A stretch of 64,000 bases of DNA from Anaerolineae bacterium (GTDB taxonomy: Bacteria > Chloroflexota > Anaerolineae > Aggregatilineales > Phototrophicaceae). Location of the stretch: assembly GCA_013360465.1 (NCBI GenBank), contig JABWBO010000006.1:5502-69501 (forward strand), in the 5' to 3' direction. A program made the position numbers and the translations under genes. Positions 9,796 to 20,761 of this stretch are shown piece by piece; the first letter of the stretch is position 1, and every line of letters begins with the position of its first letter. Below the pieces are notes generated by a model. It saw nothing but the letters and a program-made list of their open reading frames with translations, did not search any database and had not been told where the DNA came from.

Positions 9796-11234
9796 CACAC
9801 CTTAAACGCCTGTAGGTGGCGGTCGAAGTGCCGCCGCACCGTTTCGGTGTACTCTGCCGCGTGGGCAGCGAGCATCTGCCGCAGGTCCGCACCGAAATGA
9901 TCCAGCACCGATCCGAAGGTCACGTGAAGCACCTGCCGGGCGTCGAAATCGTCAAGCAGCGCCGGCAGATCACCGTCAGCGAGCGCGCCGGCGGCGGGCA
10001 CGCGCTCCAGCAGCGCCGAGACATGATAGGTTTTGCGGTCGGTCTCGTAGCGTTCGCGGGCGAAGTCCAGGACGCGGCGGAACAACGCCGGATCGACGTT
10101 CGCCATCAGGCGCAGCGCCTCAAGATAGCTCGTCCCGGCGGTCTTAAGGTGTACCCGTCCGCCGGTGTGGCGCATGGCGATGGGATAGACCCCGAATTTA
10201 TCCGATCCGGTGTGCAGGCTGAGCTTGTAGCCGTTCCCGAAATGGCGCATGATGGCGGCATGTCCGCCGATGTTGGCGTCGAGTTCGCCCAGATCGCCGA
10301 TGTAATCGACGCCTTTCTCGAACCGCCCGACGAAGCGCGGCGCAAGGCTGACGAACGGCACGCGCAGGCGGGTCAGTTCCGAGGCGATGAACAGATGCTC
10401 ATGCAGCGAGGTCGTCGTGCCGGTCTCATCGACCGAGATCTCCATCTCGAAGGGACGCCCGCTCATGCTGATCGCCAGCTGGCGCGCCATGCGGACGGTG
10501 TGGGCGACGGCAGCGCCGTACTTGACCAGCGCCTTAAGGAGCGCCTGTTCGTCGAAGGTCAGCGACAGACCATCGAGCGCAAAGGTCCGCAGATAGGAGG
10601 CGCGCGCCTCCTCCAGCGAGCTGCCCAGCGTCGCCCAGTCGAGCGTCCCGGCTTTGGCGCGCAGGGTCCCCAGGTCATCCTGTTCGGCGGCGTCATCGAC
10701 ATGATCGCCGGGGTCGATGGTGAAGAAGGTATAGCCGGCATCGGCGAAGGCGGGGATGTCGGCGGGCTGCTTGAGGTGATCGGCATCCGCCCCCCAGGCG
10801 TCGCGCCAGCCGCAGGTGAAGACGCCCCACATCGCATCGTCAAGCACCTGCTGAGGAGTACGCCCGGTGCGGGTGTTTTCGCGGACGGACTGCTGCGCGA
10901 AGATCGGCGCGACCCCGGTGTCGCGCACCGCCGCGATATGCCCCGGCGTCGCAACGCCCAGGCGGTCGCCAAACCCGGCGGAGGTGCGCAGCCCCAGGGG
11001 GATCGGGTTGAGCCAGGGCAGGCGGCTGCGCAGCGCCCTGGCGTTCTCCGCCGTCAGCGGGTACACGCCCACGCCATCCCCTGCCGTCAGCGCCTCGCTG
11101 AGTCCGCTCGTATCGCCCTTCACGCGCAGCGCACGCGCCCCGTCCGCGCCGCGCTCGACCAGCGCATAACGCGCGCCGTCAAATTCGACGGCTGAACCCC
11201 GAATTTCCTGCCATTCCGCAAAATCGGTCATCAT
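9795..11234 (-). CDS. uxaE: Tagaturonate/fructuronate epimerase (UxaE family)
   Basis: 479 aa, the size of Thermotoga-type UxaE. By-eye family similarity is seen in AGFGDRLGVATPGHI, SVRENTRTGRTP and GADADHLK. Its ATGATGA start overlaps the uxaC stop. Confidence 0.72.
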   Translation of the reverse strand: MMTDFAEWQEIRGSAVEFDGARYALVERGADGARALRVKGDTSGLSEALTAGDGVGVYPLTAENARALRSRLPWLNPIPLGLRTSAGFGDRLGVATPGHIAAVRDTGVAPIFAQQSVRENTRTGRTPQQVLDDAMWGVFTCGWRDAWGADADHLKQPADIPAFADAGYTFFTIDPGDHVDDAAEQDDLGTLRAKAGTLDWATLGSSLEEARASYLRTFALDGLSLTFDEQALLKALVKYGAAVAHTVRMARQLAISMSGRPFEMEISVDETGTTTSLHEHLFIASELTRLRVPFVSLAPRFVGRFEKGVDYIGDLGELDANIGGHAAIMRHFGNGYKLSLHTGSDKFGVYPIAMRHTGGRVHLKTAGTSYLEALRLMANVDPALFRRVLDFARERYETDRKTYHVSALLERVPAAGALADGDLPALLDDFDARQVLHVTFGSVLDHFGADLRQMLAAHAAEYTETVRRHFDRHLQAFKV

Positions 11235-12637
11235 GCCTCGCCCAGTTTGTAGGTCCGCTTCGCCAGCCGGTACGCCAGATCAACGATCATCTCGGCGGCG
11301 TCTTCCTCGTCGATGATACCGCGCAGCACCTGTCCGGCAAGCCAGTCGGCGCAGACTCGCCGCCACACGTCGTGACGCGCCGGAATCGAGGGATACGCGC
11401 GGGTGTCGTCGTTGAATCCGGCGGTGTTGTAGATGCCCGCCGTCTCGACCACCGCATCGAAGAAGCGGATCATGCCGTTCACACTGTCGAAGAACCACCA
11501 GGGAGGACCCAGCCGCAGCGCCGGATAATGCCCCGCCAGCGGCGCGAGTTCGCGGCTGTAATTCGTCTCGTCCAGGTTGAACAGCACCAGAGTCAGGCGG
11601 GGATCGCTCCCGAAGGCGTCGAGCAGCGGCTTGAGGTTTCGGGTGAACTCCGCAGCCAGCGGGATGTCCGCGCCCATGTCGCGCCCGTGACGCGCGAAGA
11701 TCACCGGGTTGTGATTGCGCGCGCTGCCGACGTGCAGCTGCATGACCAAGCCGTCTTCGACGCTCATCCGCGCCATCTCGATCAGCATATGCCCGGTGAA
11801 GCGCATCGTGTCATTTTCAGAAGCCCCGCCGGCGAGGGCGCGCGCGAAGATCGCTTCGGCTTCAGCATCGCTGAGCCACCCGGTATACGCCGAGACGGCG
11901 GCGTGATCGGTGGCGGTCGCCCCCATCGACCTGAAGAACCCGCGCCGCATTTCCAGCGCGGCGATGAACGTTCGGTAGTCGTGAATGGCGATGCCTGACG
12001 CGATACTCAGCCGGTCGATGTGCGCGCGCCAGCCTTCGGTATCCAGGTTGACGACGGCGTCGGGGCGGAAGGTCGGGATGACTCGCCCGCCCCACCCCGA
12101 CTCGCGGATGGCGCGGTGTTCTTCCAGCGAGTCGGCAGCGCCGTCGGTGGTCGCCAGGACTTCGATGTTGAAGCGTTCGAACAGGCGGCGCGGCTGAAAC
12201 TCCGGCGCAGTCAGCTGCGCGGCGATGCGATCGTAGATCGCCTGGGCATTGGCGCTGTTCAGCTTTTCGGAGACGCCGAACACGTCGCGCAGCTCGTCAC
12301 GCAGCCAGATTCCCGTCGGCGTCCCGCGAAAGAGATGCCAGTGATCGCAGACGGTCTGCCAGATCGCCCGGTGATCCGTCTCAACTTCGCCGCCGTCCTT
12401 ACGCGGGATACCGAGCGCTTCCAGCGGGATGCCCTGGGAATAGAGCATACGAAAGATGTAGTGATCGGGGATGATCAGCAGATCGACCGGCGTACCCCAG
12501 TCGAAAGAATCATCCGCCAGGAGACGCGGGTTGACATGTCCGTGCGGGCAGACCAGGGGCAGCCCGCGCGCGCGTTCGTAAAGGGACCGGGCGAGCCGCC
12601 GCTGCGCCGGGTCAGGAGAAAATAAGCGATCCTGCAT
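11231..12637 (-). CDS. uxaC: Glucuronate isomerase
   Basis: Start trimmed to ATG 12637, preceded by AAGAGGA, giving 468 aa. The N-terminus LFSPDPAQRRLARSLYERARGLPLVCPHGHVNPRLLADD is the canonical UxaC signature, including the HxH metal site. Confidence 0.92.
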   Translation of the reverse strand: MQDRLFSPDPAQRRLARSLYERARGLPLVCPHGHVNPRLLADDSFDWGTPVDLLIIPDHYIFRMLYSQGIPLEALGIPRKDGGEVETDHRAIWQTVCDHWHLFRGTPTGIWLRDELRDVFGVSEKLNSANAQAIYDRIAAQLTAPEFQPRRLFERFNIEVLATTDGAADSLEEHRAIRESGWGGRVIPTFRPDAVVNLDTEGWRAHIDRLSIASGIAIHDYRTFIAALEMRRGFFRSMGATATDHAAVSAYTGWLSDAEAEAIFARALAGGASENDTMRFTGHMLIEMARMSVEDGLVMQLHVGSARNHNPVIFARHGRDMGADIPLAAEFTRNLKPLLDAFGSDPRLTLVLFNLDETNYSRELAPLAGHYPALRLGPPWWFFDSVNGMIRFFDAVVETAGIYNTAGFNDDTRAYPSIPARHDVWRRVCADWLAGQVLRGIIDEEDAAEMIVDLAYRLAKRTYKLGEA

Positions 12638-12718
12638 GGTTATTTGATCCTCTTGCGCGATGCGCGAATGCCCAACTGTAGCACAGTCCGTGTCGTGGTG
12701 AAGCGGGCAGCGCACGCC

Positions 12719-14047
12719 TCACGGAGCAGGCAGCGGAAGAAGATCGTCGATGTTCACCACCTGACCGGTGAGCATTGACTGGTTGGCGGCGATGCCGACC
12801 AACGCCGACGCCGCCCCGTCGATGTGCGACGCCGCCCGCCGGTAAGGATCAGGCGGGGGGGTGGGCGAAAAGATCTGTTCCAGCATGACCGGGTCCGCGC
12901 CGCCGTGACCGCCATCGCCCTGGGGCACATCTACCTCGTAGGACTGCCCGAACATCGGGTGTACGCGCATGGTCGTACTCTTGAACGAACCTTTGCTGGC
13001 GGCAGCCTCATCGACCCGCCCATCGCCGAGCAGATGGTTGATGTTTTCGGCGATGTCCATCTCGATGCGCCCCTTCGTCCCGGTGATGGCGACACGCAGT
13101 CCTTCCCAGGGCGAGTAGGCGATCAGGCAGTAGGAGAGGATCGCGCCGCTGCGATAGCGGACGGAGACGCTCATCGTGTCCTCGATAGTGATCGGCTCGC
13201 CGAAGACGTTGCGGTCGCGCAGGTAGCCGGTTTCAGCCTCGGCATTGAGGTACAGCCCACGAAAGGCTTCCTTATCGGTGAGGAACAGCGCAAAGGGATC
13301 GTTCGCCGCTTCGGCGACGCCGGTATAGCGGGCATAGGCATAGTGTTCGCCGCGCGCCTCGGCGTTGCGTTTGCCATAGAACAGCAGATCGCCCATCGCC
13401 ATCACCTGCTGCGGATACGAGCCGATCCACCAGTTGACCAGATCGAAGTGGTGCGTGGCTTTATGGACCAACAGCCCACCGCTGTTAGCTTTCTCGCGGT
13501 GCCAGCGGCGAAAATAATCCGCGCCGTGGCTGGTATCGAGCAGCCAGGAAAAATCGACGGAGAGCGGTCTGCCGATCACGCCATCCATCACTAACTGGCG
13601 AAAGCGGGTATAGGCGGGCGCATAGCGATAGTTGAAGGTCACTCGCAGCGACCTTCCAGTGCGCGCGATGGCGTCGAAGATCGCCCGCATCCTGCCGATG
13701 TCGGTCGTCATCGGCTTCTCGCTGATCACGTCGCAGCCCAGTTCCATCGCACGGACGATATACTGATGATGCGTCGCGTCGATGGTGGCGACGACGACGA
13801 TATCCGGCTTGGTCTCGGCGATCATCCGGTCGAACTCTCCGGCGAGGTAGGTCGGGATCGGGCGAAGCCCGTGACCCTCGCTCAACTGCCGGTTGTACCA
13901 GTCCATGCGCGTCTGACTCAGGTCGCACAACCCAACCAGTTCGGAGTCAGCGCGGTAGGTGCCGCAGATCGCCTGAAAGTACATCCCCGCCCGCGATCCG
14001 GTACCGATGATCGCGTAGCGTTTCCTGGACTCACTCGTTGCCGCCAT
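12719..14047 (-). CDS. Gfo/Idh/MocA family oxidoreductase
   Basis: 442 aa with an N-terminal Rossmann motif [11 protein letters not shown] and the EKP motif (VISEKPM). It lies between DUF624 and uxaC in the same operon. Confidence 0.85.
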   Translation of the reverse strand: MAATSESRKRYAIIGTGSRAGMYFQAICGTYRADSELVGLCDLSQTRMDWYNRQLSEGHGLRPIPTYLAGEFDRMIAETKPDIVVVATIDATHHQYIVRAMELGCDVISEKPMTTDIGRMRAIFDAIARTGRSLRVTFNYRYAPAYTRFRQLVMDGVIGRPLSVDFSWLLDTSHGADYFRRWHREKANSGGLLVHKATHHFDLVNWWIGSYPQQVMAMGDLLFYGKRNAEARGEHYAYARYTGVAEAANDPFALFLTDKEAFRGLYLNAEAETGYLRDRNVFGEPITIEDTMSVSVRYRSGAILSYCLIAYSPWEGLRVAITGTKGRIEMDIAENINHLLGDGRVDEAAASKGSFKSTTMRVHPMFGQSYEVDVPQGDGGHGGADPVMLEQIFSPTPPPDPYRRAASHIDGAASALVGIAANQSMLTGQVVNIDDLLPLPAP

Positions 14048-14747
14048 GATTCCTCTTCGTTAACGGTAGGTCTTGAGATGATTTTGGCTGCTCCTGAAGG
14101 CTGGCAAGCAGCTCCGGGGCGAGATGCTCGCGGATGACCCGCCAGGTCCCGGCGCAGATGATCCATGCGCAGAGCGACGCGGTGGCGATGACGAAGATGC
14201 CCTGCGGCAGCAGCAGGCTGATCAGCACCGGCAGCGCCGCCGCCGTCAGCACCCCTATCGACCAGAAAGGGTGGGCAAAGACCAGCGCAGCGGCAGAACG
14301 GATCAACCGGCGCAGGCTCATCGTCTCCAGCAGGACGAGCAGCGCCCAGCTGTACAGATTGATGAGCAGCAGGGCGAGTGCCACGAACAGCGTCACGCTG
14401 CGGGCAAGAAAAGCGAGCGGATCGGTCGTGAAGTCCATGCGCGCGAAGATCAGCCCGTTCAGGACGACCAGCCCGCCGACCAGCAGGTCGAGACAGGCGA
14501 GGACCGTCGCCTTGCGCCAGTGCCGCCGGGCTGCCCCGAAAAAGGTACTCACCACATCCGGCTGCCGCCCGCGCGCCCGCTCAGACATATAGGCGAACAA
14601 CCCGGCGGTCGCCGCCGGCAGGGTGATGACCGGTAGCGACAGGATCGCCCACAGGATGTTCGCCAGCACGAACCCGCTCCACCGCTCGGCATGTTCGGCG
14701 AGTTCAGCGCGTTCGCTCCGAGGAGTCGAAAGGCGGCGTGTCATCAT
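14031..14747 (-). CDS. DUF624 (YesL-like) integral membrane protein
   Basis: 238 aa with several TM segments and the characteristic N-terminal pattern [29 protein letters not shown]. This family typically follows sugar ABC permeases. Confidence 0.8.
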   Translation of the reverse strand: MMTRRLSTPRSERAELAEHAERWSGFVLANILWAILSLPVITLPAATAGLFAYMSERARGRQPDVVSTFFGAARRHWRKATVLACLDLLVGGLVVLNGLIFARMDFTTDPLAFLARSVTLFVALALLLINLYSWALLVLLETMSLRRLIRSAAALVFAHPFWSIGVLTAAALPVLISLLLPQGIFVIATASLCAWIICAGTWRVIREHLAPELLASLQEQPKSSQDLPLTKRNHGGNE

Positions 14748-14754
14748 CCCCGGC

Positions 14755-15636
14755 TCAGCCCTTGAGACCAGTGGTAGCGATGCCTTCGACCAGATAGCGC
14801 TGGAAGAAGACGAAGATCAGGATCACCGGGACGAGCGACAGGGTGAGCATGGCGAAGACCGCGCCCCAGTTGTTGACGCTGCCCAGGTCGGTATAGGCGC
14901 GCAGCGCCAGTGCGACGGTATACATATTCGGGTTTTGTAGATATACCAGCGGACCGAGGAAGTCTTCCCACGTCCAGTAAAACGAGAAGATGGCGGCAGT
15001 CACCAGCGCCGGCGTGATCTGCGGCAGGATGATGCGAAAGAAGATGCCGCCCTTGCTGCACCCGTCGATCATCGCCGCTTCGTCCAGTTCGATGGGAATG
15101 CCGCGAATGAACTGGATGATCATGAAGATGAAGAAGACATCCCCGCCGAGACGGGGGATGAGCAGCGGCAGGAAGGTGTTGATCCAGCCCAGCTCGTTGA
15201 AGATGATGTACTGGGGAATCATGAGAATCTGGCTGGGCAGCATGAGCGTCATCAGCATGATCGAGAACCACAGGTCCCTGCCGCGAAATTTCACGCGGGC
15301 AAAGCCATAGGCGACCACCGCCGAGCTGATGACGGTGAACAGCGTGCCCACCCCGGCGTGAACGAAGGAATTGCCGAAGAAGATCTGAAAGCTGATGCCG
15401 CCGAAACCCTGCCAGCCTTCGGCGTAGTTTTCGAAGCGCAGGGCGCTGGGGATGAGCGAGGTGACATTCGTCCAGATTTCATCCAGCGGCTTGAGCGAAC
15501 TGGCAACCAGCCACGCCACCGGGTAGAGCATGACGACCGCCAGCAGGCCGACGCCGGCGTAGTAGACCAACCCGCGAGTCAGGTTAGCGCGCCGCCGCTG
15601 ATGCCGATGGGACTCGAAGTTGAGCGCTTGATCCAT
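14755..15636 (-). CDS. Carbohydrate ABC transporter permease (MalG type)
   Basis: 293 aa with the EAA loop ELDEAAMIDGCSKGGIFFRIILPQITP and six TM segments. Confidence 0.9.
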   Translation of the reverse strand: MDQALNFESHRHQRRRANLTRGLVYYAGVGLLAVVMLYPVAWLVASSLKPLDEIWTNVTSLIPSALRFENYAEGWQGFGGISFQIFFGNSFVHAGVGTLFTVISSAVVAYGFARVKFRGRDLWFSIMLMTLMLPSQILMIPQYIIFNELGWINTFLPLLIPRLGGDVFFIFMIIQFIRGIPIELDEAAMIDGCSKGGIFFRIILPQITPALVTAAIFSFYWTWEDFLGPLVYLQNPNMYTVALALRAYTDLGSVNNWGAVFAMLTLSLVPVILIFVFFQRYLVEGIATTGLKG

Positions 15637-15642
15637 GAGCGG

Positions 15643-16629
15643 CTACCCTTCCTTGGTCTCGTAGAACACCCACAGCCGCGACAGACGGAAGTTCAACAGG
15701 GTGAAGAAGGCGATGATCAGCAGCAGCACCCACGCCATCGCCGAAGCGTAGCCCATCTGGAAGTCGTTGAAGGCGCGCCGGTACAAATAGAGCGCGTAGA
15801 ACAGGGTGCTGTCGAGCGGGTTTCCGGCGGTGATCACGAACGCCTGGGTGAAGACACGGAACCCGGAAATGATCTGCATGATGAAATTGAAGAAGATGAT
15901 CGGCGTCAGCAGGGGCAGGGTGACGTTCATCAGCTTCTGCCAGCCGCTCGCTCCGTCGATGGATGCTGCTTCATAGAATTCGCTGGGGATCTGCCGCAGC
16001 CCGGCGAGGAAGATCAGCATTGGCGAACCGAACTGCCAGACCGCCAGCAGAACGAGCGTCCAGATCGCTGTATCCGGGTTGCCGAACCAGTTCAACCGTT
16101 CGATGCCCATGAAGCCGAGCAGGGTGTTGATCACCCCTTCGTTGACGCGCCCATCGCCGCCGAACAACTGCCGCCACATGACGGCAACGGCGACGCTGCC
16201 GCCGATGACCGATGGGATGTAATAGGCGGCGCGGAACCAGTACACCCCGCGCCGCTTGGTGTTGAGCAGCAGGGCGACCGCCAGCGCGAAGATCAGGCGC
16301 AGGGGCACGGCGAGCAGGACATAGCGAAAGGTGGCGACCACTGCTCGCCCATAGCGAATGTCCGAGGTGAACATGCGCTCGAAGTTCGCCAGCCCGACCC
16401 ACTCTCCACCGCGCAGCAGATGATAATTGGTGAATGCCAGATAGAGGGAGATGGCGATGGGGATGAAACCGAACAGAAAGAAGCCGATCAGCCAGGGGGA
16501 GACGAACAGATAGCCGACCAGGTTATTGCGTTTGAAATCTCTTGACCTGCTATTGGTCGGTGCGCGGCGCAAAGCCTCTTCCTGTGTTTGATTCGCCCCC
16601 GTAAGGACTGCTGCGGGTTCGCTCATCAT
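15643..16629 (-). CDS. Sugar ABC transporter permease (MalF type)
   Basis: 328 aa with the EAA loop EFYEAASIDGASGWQKLMNVTLPLLTP. Confidence 0.9.
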   Translation of the reverse strand: MMSEPAAVLTGANQTQEEALRRAPTNSRSRDFKRNNLVGYLFVSPWLIGFFLFGFIPIAISLYLAFTNYHLLRGGEWVGLANFERMFTSDIRYGRAVVATFRYVLLAVPLRLIFALAVALLLNTKRRGVYWFRAAYYIPSVIGGSVAVAVMWRQLFGGDGRVNEGVINTLLGFMGIERLNWFGNPDTAIWTLVLLAVWQFGSPMLIFLAGLRQIPSEFYEAASIDGASGWQKLMNVTLPLLTPIIFFNFIMQIISGFRVFTQAFVITAGNPLDSTLFYALYLYRRAFNDFQMGYASAMAWVLLLIIAFFTLLNFRLSRLWVFYETKEG

Positions 16630-16786
16630 TTTTCCTGAATACTCATCGTGTAAATCTTATCTCGAAACCTCATCCCCGGTCCGTCTCACTGCATCAGGGC
16701 GAGACAGTTCGGGGCAAGGATTATGCTGAATATGAGCAGGGGCGACCTGACTGTGTCGCCCCTGCGCCCCCATATTTCGCCTGGGA

Positions 16787-18091
16787 TTAGTTACCGGAAA
16801 GGATCGCCTGTCCTTCGGAACGGAAGATGGCGACGCCTTCTTCCACCGAAATCTGCCCATACAGCACCGGGTCATGGAACAGCGGCGTCCACACATTATT
16901 GCGGAGGTCGTTGTAGCCGGGCGGGTTGGGCGGGAAGATCGGGCTGGCATCCTGCGCCACCATTTCCAGGAAGCTGAAGGTCTCCGCGCCGGACGCGTCC
17001 AGCGACGGCAGCAGGTGTTCGCGAATGACGGAGGAAACCGGCACGCCGCGTTCCGCCGCCAGGATGTCGTTGGCTTCCGGGCTGTTGGTGAAGAAGTTGA
17101 TCAGGTCGGCGGCGACCTCCGGCATGGCGCAGTCCGCCGTGATCGAGAAGAACAGTGACGGTTTCAGGTAGTTGGCTGCGCCGACGGCGTCCGCCGGGCG
17201 TGGCATCGTCCACAGTTTGAAGTGACGCTCTGCGCCCGCCGCTGCGAAAATGGCAACCACCTGGTTGCTCCACTGATACTGCATCGCCGCCGAGCCGGCG
17301 ACAATCGGTGAGTTTTCGGGACCACCCGAATACTGCGACGCCTCTTCCGGGGTCATGATCGCGCCGGCTTCCTGCAGGCGGAGTAGGCGGTTGAAGTGAT
17401 CGATGATCGGCTGGTCGTCGGTATAGCCGAAATCCGTGTTGTCTGCGCTGAACGGGTTCGTGCCGAGCGACACCATCATCGCCGTCCAGATCTGGTCGTC
17501 GCCCAGAGTCGGCGAGCCGTACGCCCAGGTTCCGAGCTTCTCGTGCAGTTCCAGGGCGATCGCGTCGAAATCATCCCATGTCCAGTCGGCAGCCGGCAGT
17601 TCGACGCCAGCGGCTTCGAAGGCATCAAGATCGAGGATCATCGACTGAGTGTTCGTGCCCAGGCTCAAGCCGTAAAGCTGACCATCGACGCGCCCACCTT
17701 GCAGGAAGACATCATCGATGTTTGTCGTATCCAGGATGCCGGATTCGATGAATGGATCGAGCGGCTGCAGCAGCCCATTGCGCGCCCATTCAGAGAGGTA
17801 GGCATAGTCGTGCTGCATAACACACGCCAATTCGCCGCCCGCCGCCTGAGTATTCATCAATGTCCAGTAGTCGTTGAAGTTGGCGAACTCGTAGACAATA
17901 TCCACTTCAGGATGCGCGGCTTCGTACATCTCGACGACGGCGATGGTGCGGTCATGGCGGTTCTGAGACCCCCACCACACCAGACGCATCTCCTGCTTGT
18001 CCTGCGCCAGGGCAGCGCCGCCCACCAGGAGCAGCAGCGCCACGACCGATAGAAGGATCAAGACTTTTCGGTTATGGTGTACCATCTTCAT
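16787..18091 (-). CDS. Extracellular solute-binding protein of a sugar ABC importer
   Basis: 434 aa with signal peptide MKMVHHNRKVLILLSVVALLLLVGGAALAQ. It is the first gene of the hexuronate operon. Confidence 0.9.
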   Translation of the reverse strand: MKMVHHNRKVLILLSVVALLLLVGGAALAQDKQEMRLVWWGSQNRHDRTIAVVEMYEAAHPEVDIVYEFANFNDYWTLMNTQAAGGELACVMQHDYAYLSEWARNGLLQPLDPFIESGILDTTNIDDVFLQGGRVDGQLYGLSLGTNTQSMILDLDAFEAAGVELPAADWTWDDFDAIALELHEKLGTWAYGSPTLGDDQIWTAMMVSLGTNPFSADNTDFGYTDDQPIIDHFNRLLRLQEAGAIMTPEEASQYSGGPENSPIVAGSAAMQYQWSNQVVAIFAAAGAERHFKLWTMPRPADAVGAANYLKPSLFFSITADCAMPEVAADLINFFTNSPEANDILAAERGVPVSSVIREHLLPSLDASGAETFSFLEMVAQDASPIFPPNPPGYNDLRNNVWTPLFHDPVLYGQISVEEGVAIFRSEGQAILSGN

Positions 18092-18133
18092 AATGTCCTT
18101 TCAAACTGACACAACTTGACCTGCGAATTCAAC

Positions 18134-18145
18134 TTGACCGGTCAA
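18134..18145. promoter_or_regulatory. Candidate LacI-family operator O1 (perfect palindrome with central CG)
   Basis: TTGACCGGTCAA at 18134-18145, in the spacer between the SBP start (18091, -) and the LacI gene (18267, +). The decamer CAACTTGACC is also directly repeated at 18112-18121 and 18130-18139. Confidence 0.45.
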
Positions 18146-18233
18146 TTCTTCTACCATAGAGATAACAGAAAATTGGCGGTCTTGTCAAGTAATTCCAGGG
18201 GTATTTTGCAAATATTGGGGTCATGCTATGATA

Positions 18234-18245
18234 TTGAACGGTCAA
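18234..18245. promoter_or_regulatory. Candidate LacI-family operator O2
   Basis: TTGAACGGTCAA at 18234-18245 has one mismatch to O1. It lies exactly 100 bp from O1 and 22 nt upstream of the LacI start codon. Confidence 0.4.
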
Positions 18246-18266
18246 GCTTTTTGGGCGGCATAGAAG

Positions 18267-19277
18267 ATGAACTCCAGAAAACAGCCAACCATTCGCGACA
18301 TCGCCAAGCTGGCAGGCGTGTCCTACCAGACGGTTTCGCTGGTGATCAACGATAAACCCGGCGTTTCTGAAAAGACGCGGCGCGAGATCGTACGGCTGAT
18401 GGGCGAACTGGGCTATCGCCCCAACCGCGCCGCGCAGATGCTCATGACCAATCGCTCGCACACGCTGGAACTGATCGTGGTCGATGTTAACTATGGCGGC
18501 AGGCTGGCAGATTCTACGAAGAATATGGCGCACGCCGCCAAAGAAGCCGGTTACAGCCTGTTGGTCTCGGAATCGACCTCGCAGGGATTGGATGCCGCGC
18601 TGGAAAGCGCCGCCGCGCGCCTCGTCGACGGCGTGATCCTGTATGCGCCACGCCTGCATATGGACGATGACGAACTTCAGCGTATCTGCCGGGGCATCCC
18701 GGTGGTGCGCCGTGATTATGTGCCGAGTTCACGGCTGGCGTGGGTGGGCTTCGATCAGGTCCATGCCGCACGGCTCGCAACCGAGCATCTGCTCTCTCTG
18801 GGACACCGGCAGATCGCCGCCGTCCCGCCGACTTCTGCCCTGCACAACGGCTACTGGCGTCACGCCACCATCCGCAGCGTACTGCACGAGCATGATCTGA
18901 AGCTGGTCGCCGTCGCCGAGGGCGATTATTCGATGCGCAGCGGCTACGAAGGAGTCAAGCAAATCCTCGCCAGCCGCCAGCCGTTCACCGGGCTGATTGT
19001 CGGCACCGATAGTATGGCGCAGGGCGCGCTGCGCGCCCTGCACGAAGCCGGGCTGCACATTCCCCAGGAGGTCTCTGTCGTCAGCTTCGACAACGCTGAA
19101 CTTTCGCTCTATACTGAACCACCGCTGACGACGGTCGAATTCAGGTTCATCAAGCAGGATGAGCTGTCAATCAAATATCTGCTGGAGCTGATCGCCGAGC
19201 CGCAGATGGAACTGCATCACCGCATCCTGGTGCCCGCCCTGCTGGTCCGTGAAAGCACGCACGAGGTCGCCTCATGA
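18267..19277 (+). CDS. LacI family transcriptional regulator
   Basis: 336 aa. N-terminal [53 protein letters not shown], followed by a periplasmic-binding-protein-like sugar-sensor domain. Confidence 0.92.
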   Translation: MNSRKQPTIRDIAKLAGVSYQTVSLVINDKPGVSEKTRREIVRLMGELGYRPNRAAQMLMTNRSHTLELIVVDVNYGGRLADSTKNMAHAAKEAGYSLLVSESTSQGLDAALESAAARLVDGVILYAPRLHMDDDELQRICRGIPVVRRDYVPSSRLAWVGFDQVHAARLATEHLLSLGHRQIAAVPPTSALHNGYWRHATIRSVLHEHDLKLVAVAEGDYSMRSGYEGVKQILASRQPFTGLIVGTDSMAQGALRALHEAGLHIPQEVSVVSFDNAELSLYTEPPLTTVEFRFIKQDELSIKYLLELIAEPQMELHHRILVPALLVRESTHEVAS

Positions 19278-20719
19278 CGTACAAACGTGTTGCGCAGCTG
19301 CGCACGCCTGCCGATTTTCACACCTACCTGGAACAGATCGGGGCGGCGCTTGAATTCGACGAACAAGTCGAACATGGCTCCGATTCGCCGCTGGCACAGC
19401 CGTTCACCTTCGACGGCGTGACGATTGGCAACCGCTTCACCATCCTGCCGATGGAGGGCTGGGACGCCGAGCCGGACGGGCAGCCGAGCGCGCTGGTGCG
19501 GCGGCGCTGGGAGCGCTTTGGCAGCAGCGGCGCAAAGCTGATCTTCGGCGGCGAAGCGACGGCGGTCCGCCGCGACGGGCGCGCCAACCCCAACCAACTG
19601 GTGATTGGCGAGGAGACACTGGAACGGATCGCTGACCTACGGACGGCGCTGGTGCAGGCGCACGCCGCGCAGATCGGCGACACATCCGACCTGCTGGTCG
19701 GGCTGCAGCTCACGCATTCCGGGCGTTTCGCGCGCCCTAACGACAAGAAACGTCTGGAACCGCGCATCCTCTATCATCACCCCCTGCTCGACGCGAAATA
19801 CAAGCTTGCGAGCGATTATCCCGTCATGACCGACGATGAGATCGATGCGCTGATCGCGGATTTCGTAGCGGCGGCAGTACGGGCGCAGCAAGCCGGGTTC
19901 GCCTTCGTCGATGTCAAACACTGTCACGGCTACCTGGGACACGAATTCCTGAGCGCGGTGGAACGCCCTGGCAGGTATGGCGGCAGCTTCGAGAACCGCA
20001 CCCGCTTCCTGCGCGAGATCGTGGCGGGCATCCGCCGGGATGCGCCGGGGCTGCTGATCGGCGTCCGCCTGAGCGCCTTCGACTGGCTGCCCTTCCGCCC
20101 CGGCGCAGACAGCGCCGGCGAACCCGAAAGCTGGAGCGGCAGCTATCCTTACGCCTTTGGGGGTGACGGCAGCGGCGTCGGCATCGATCTGACCGAGACG
20201 CATCGCTTTCTCAGCCTGCTGGAAGACCTGAACATCCGATTGGTCTGCCTGACCGCCGGCAGCCCGTACTACAACCCGCACATCCAGCGACCGGCGCTCT
20301 TTCCGCCCTCCGACGGCTATCAGCCGCCAGAAGACCCGCTGCGCGGCGTCGCCCGGCAGATCGGCGTCGTCGCCGAACTCAAGCGGACGCACCCCAATCT
20401 GTTCCTGATCGGTTCGGGCTACTCCTACCTGCAGGACTGGCTGCCCAACGTCGCGCAGCGCATCGTGCGGACGGGTATGGCGGATTCCATCGGTCTGGGG
20501 CGCATGGTGCTGAGCTACCCGCAGATGCCCGCCGACATCCTCGCCGGTCGCCCGCTTCAGCGCAAGCAGATCTGCCGCACCTTTAGTGACTGCACAACCG
20601 CTCCGCGCGGCGGCATGATTTCGGGATGCTACCCGCTCGACGGTTTCTACAAGACGCACCCGGAAGCGGCGCAGCTTGAAGCGCTCAAACACCCTGACCG
20701 GCGTCAGGCACACGAATAA
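19274..20719 (+). CDS. NADH:flavin oxidoreductase (Old Yellow Enzyme-like TIM barrel) with a C-terminal extension
   Basis: 481 aa. OYE-like segments are [39 protein letters not shown] and [11 protein letters not shown]. Its start overlaps the LacI stop (ATGA). Confidence 0.82.
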   Translation: MTYKRVAQLRTPADFHTYLEQIGAALEFDEQVEHGSDSPLAQPFTFDGVTIGNRFTILPMEGWDAEPDGQPSALVRRRWERFGSSGAKLIFGGEATAVRRDGRANPNQLVIGEETLERIADLRTALVQAHAAQIGDTSDLLVGLQLTHSGRFARPNDKKRLEPRILYHHPLLDAKYKLASDYPVMTDDEIDALIADFVAAAVRAQQAGFAFVDVKHCHGYLGHEFLSAVERPGRYGGSFENRTRFLREIVAGIRRDAPGLLIGVRLSAFDWLPFRPGADSAGEPESWSGSYPYAFGGDGSGVGIDLTETHRFLSLLEDLNIRLVCLTAGSPYYNPHIQRPALFPPSDGYQPPEDPLRGVARQIGVVAELKRTHPNLFLIGSGYSYLQDWLPNVAQRIVRTGMADSIGLGRMVLSYPQMPADILAGRPLQRKQICRTFSDCTTAPRGGMISGCYPLDGFYKTHPEAAQLEALKHPDRRQAHE

Positions 20720-20761
20720 TGGCACGGACGGCGGTGCTGTCCTGAACGAGGATAAACGATC

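Noticed and set aside
20560-20660. Possible 4Fe-4S cluster motif in the C-terminal extension of the OYE-like protein
   Set aside because: There are only three Cys, with spacing C-x6-C-x11-C. This does not match the C-x2-C-x3-C-x11-C pattern of 2,4-dienoyl-CoA reductase / trimethylamine dehydrogenase-type enzymes, so I do not claim an Fe-S cluster.
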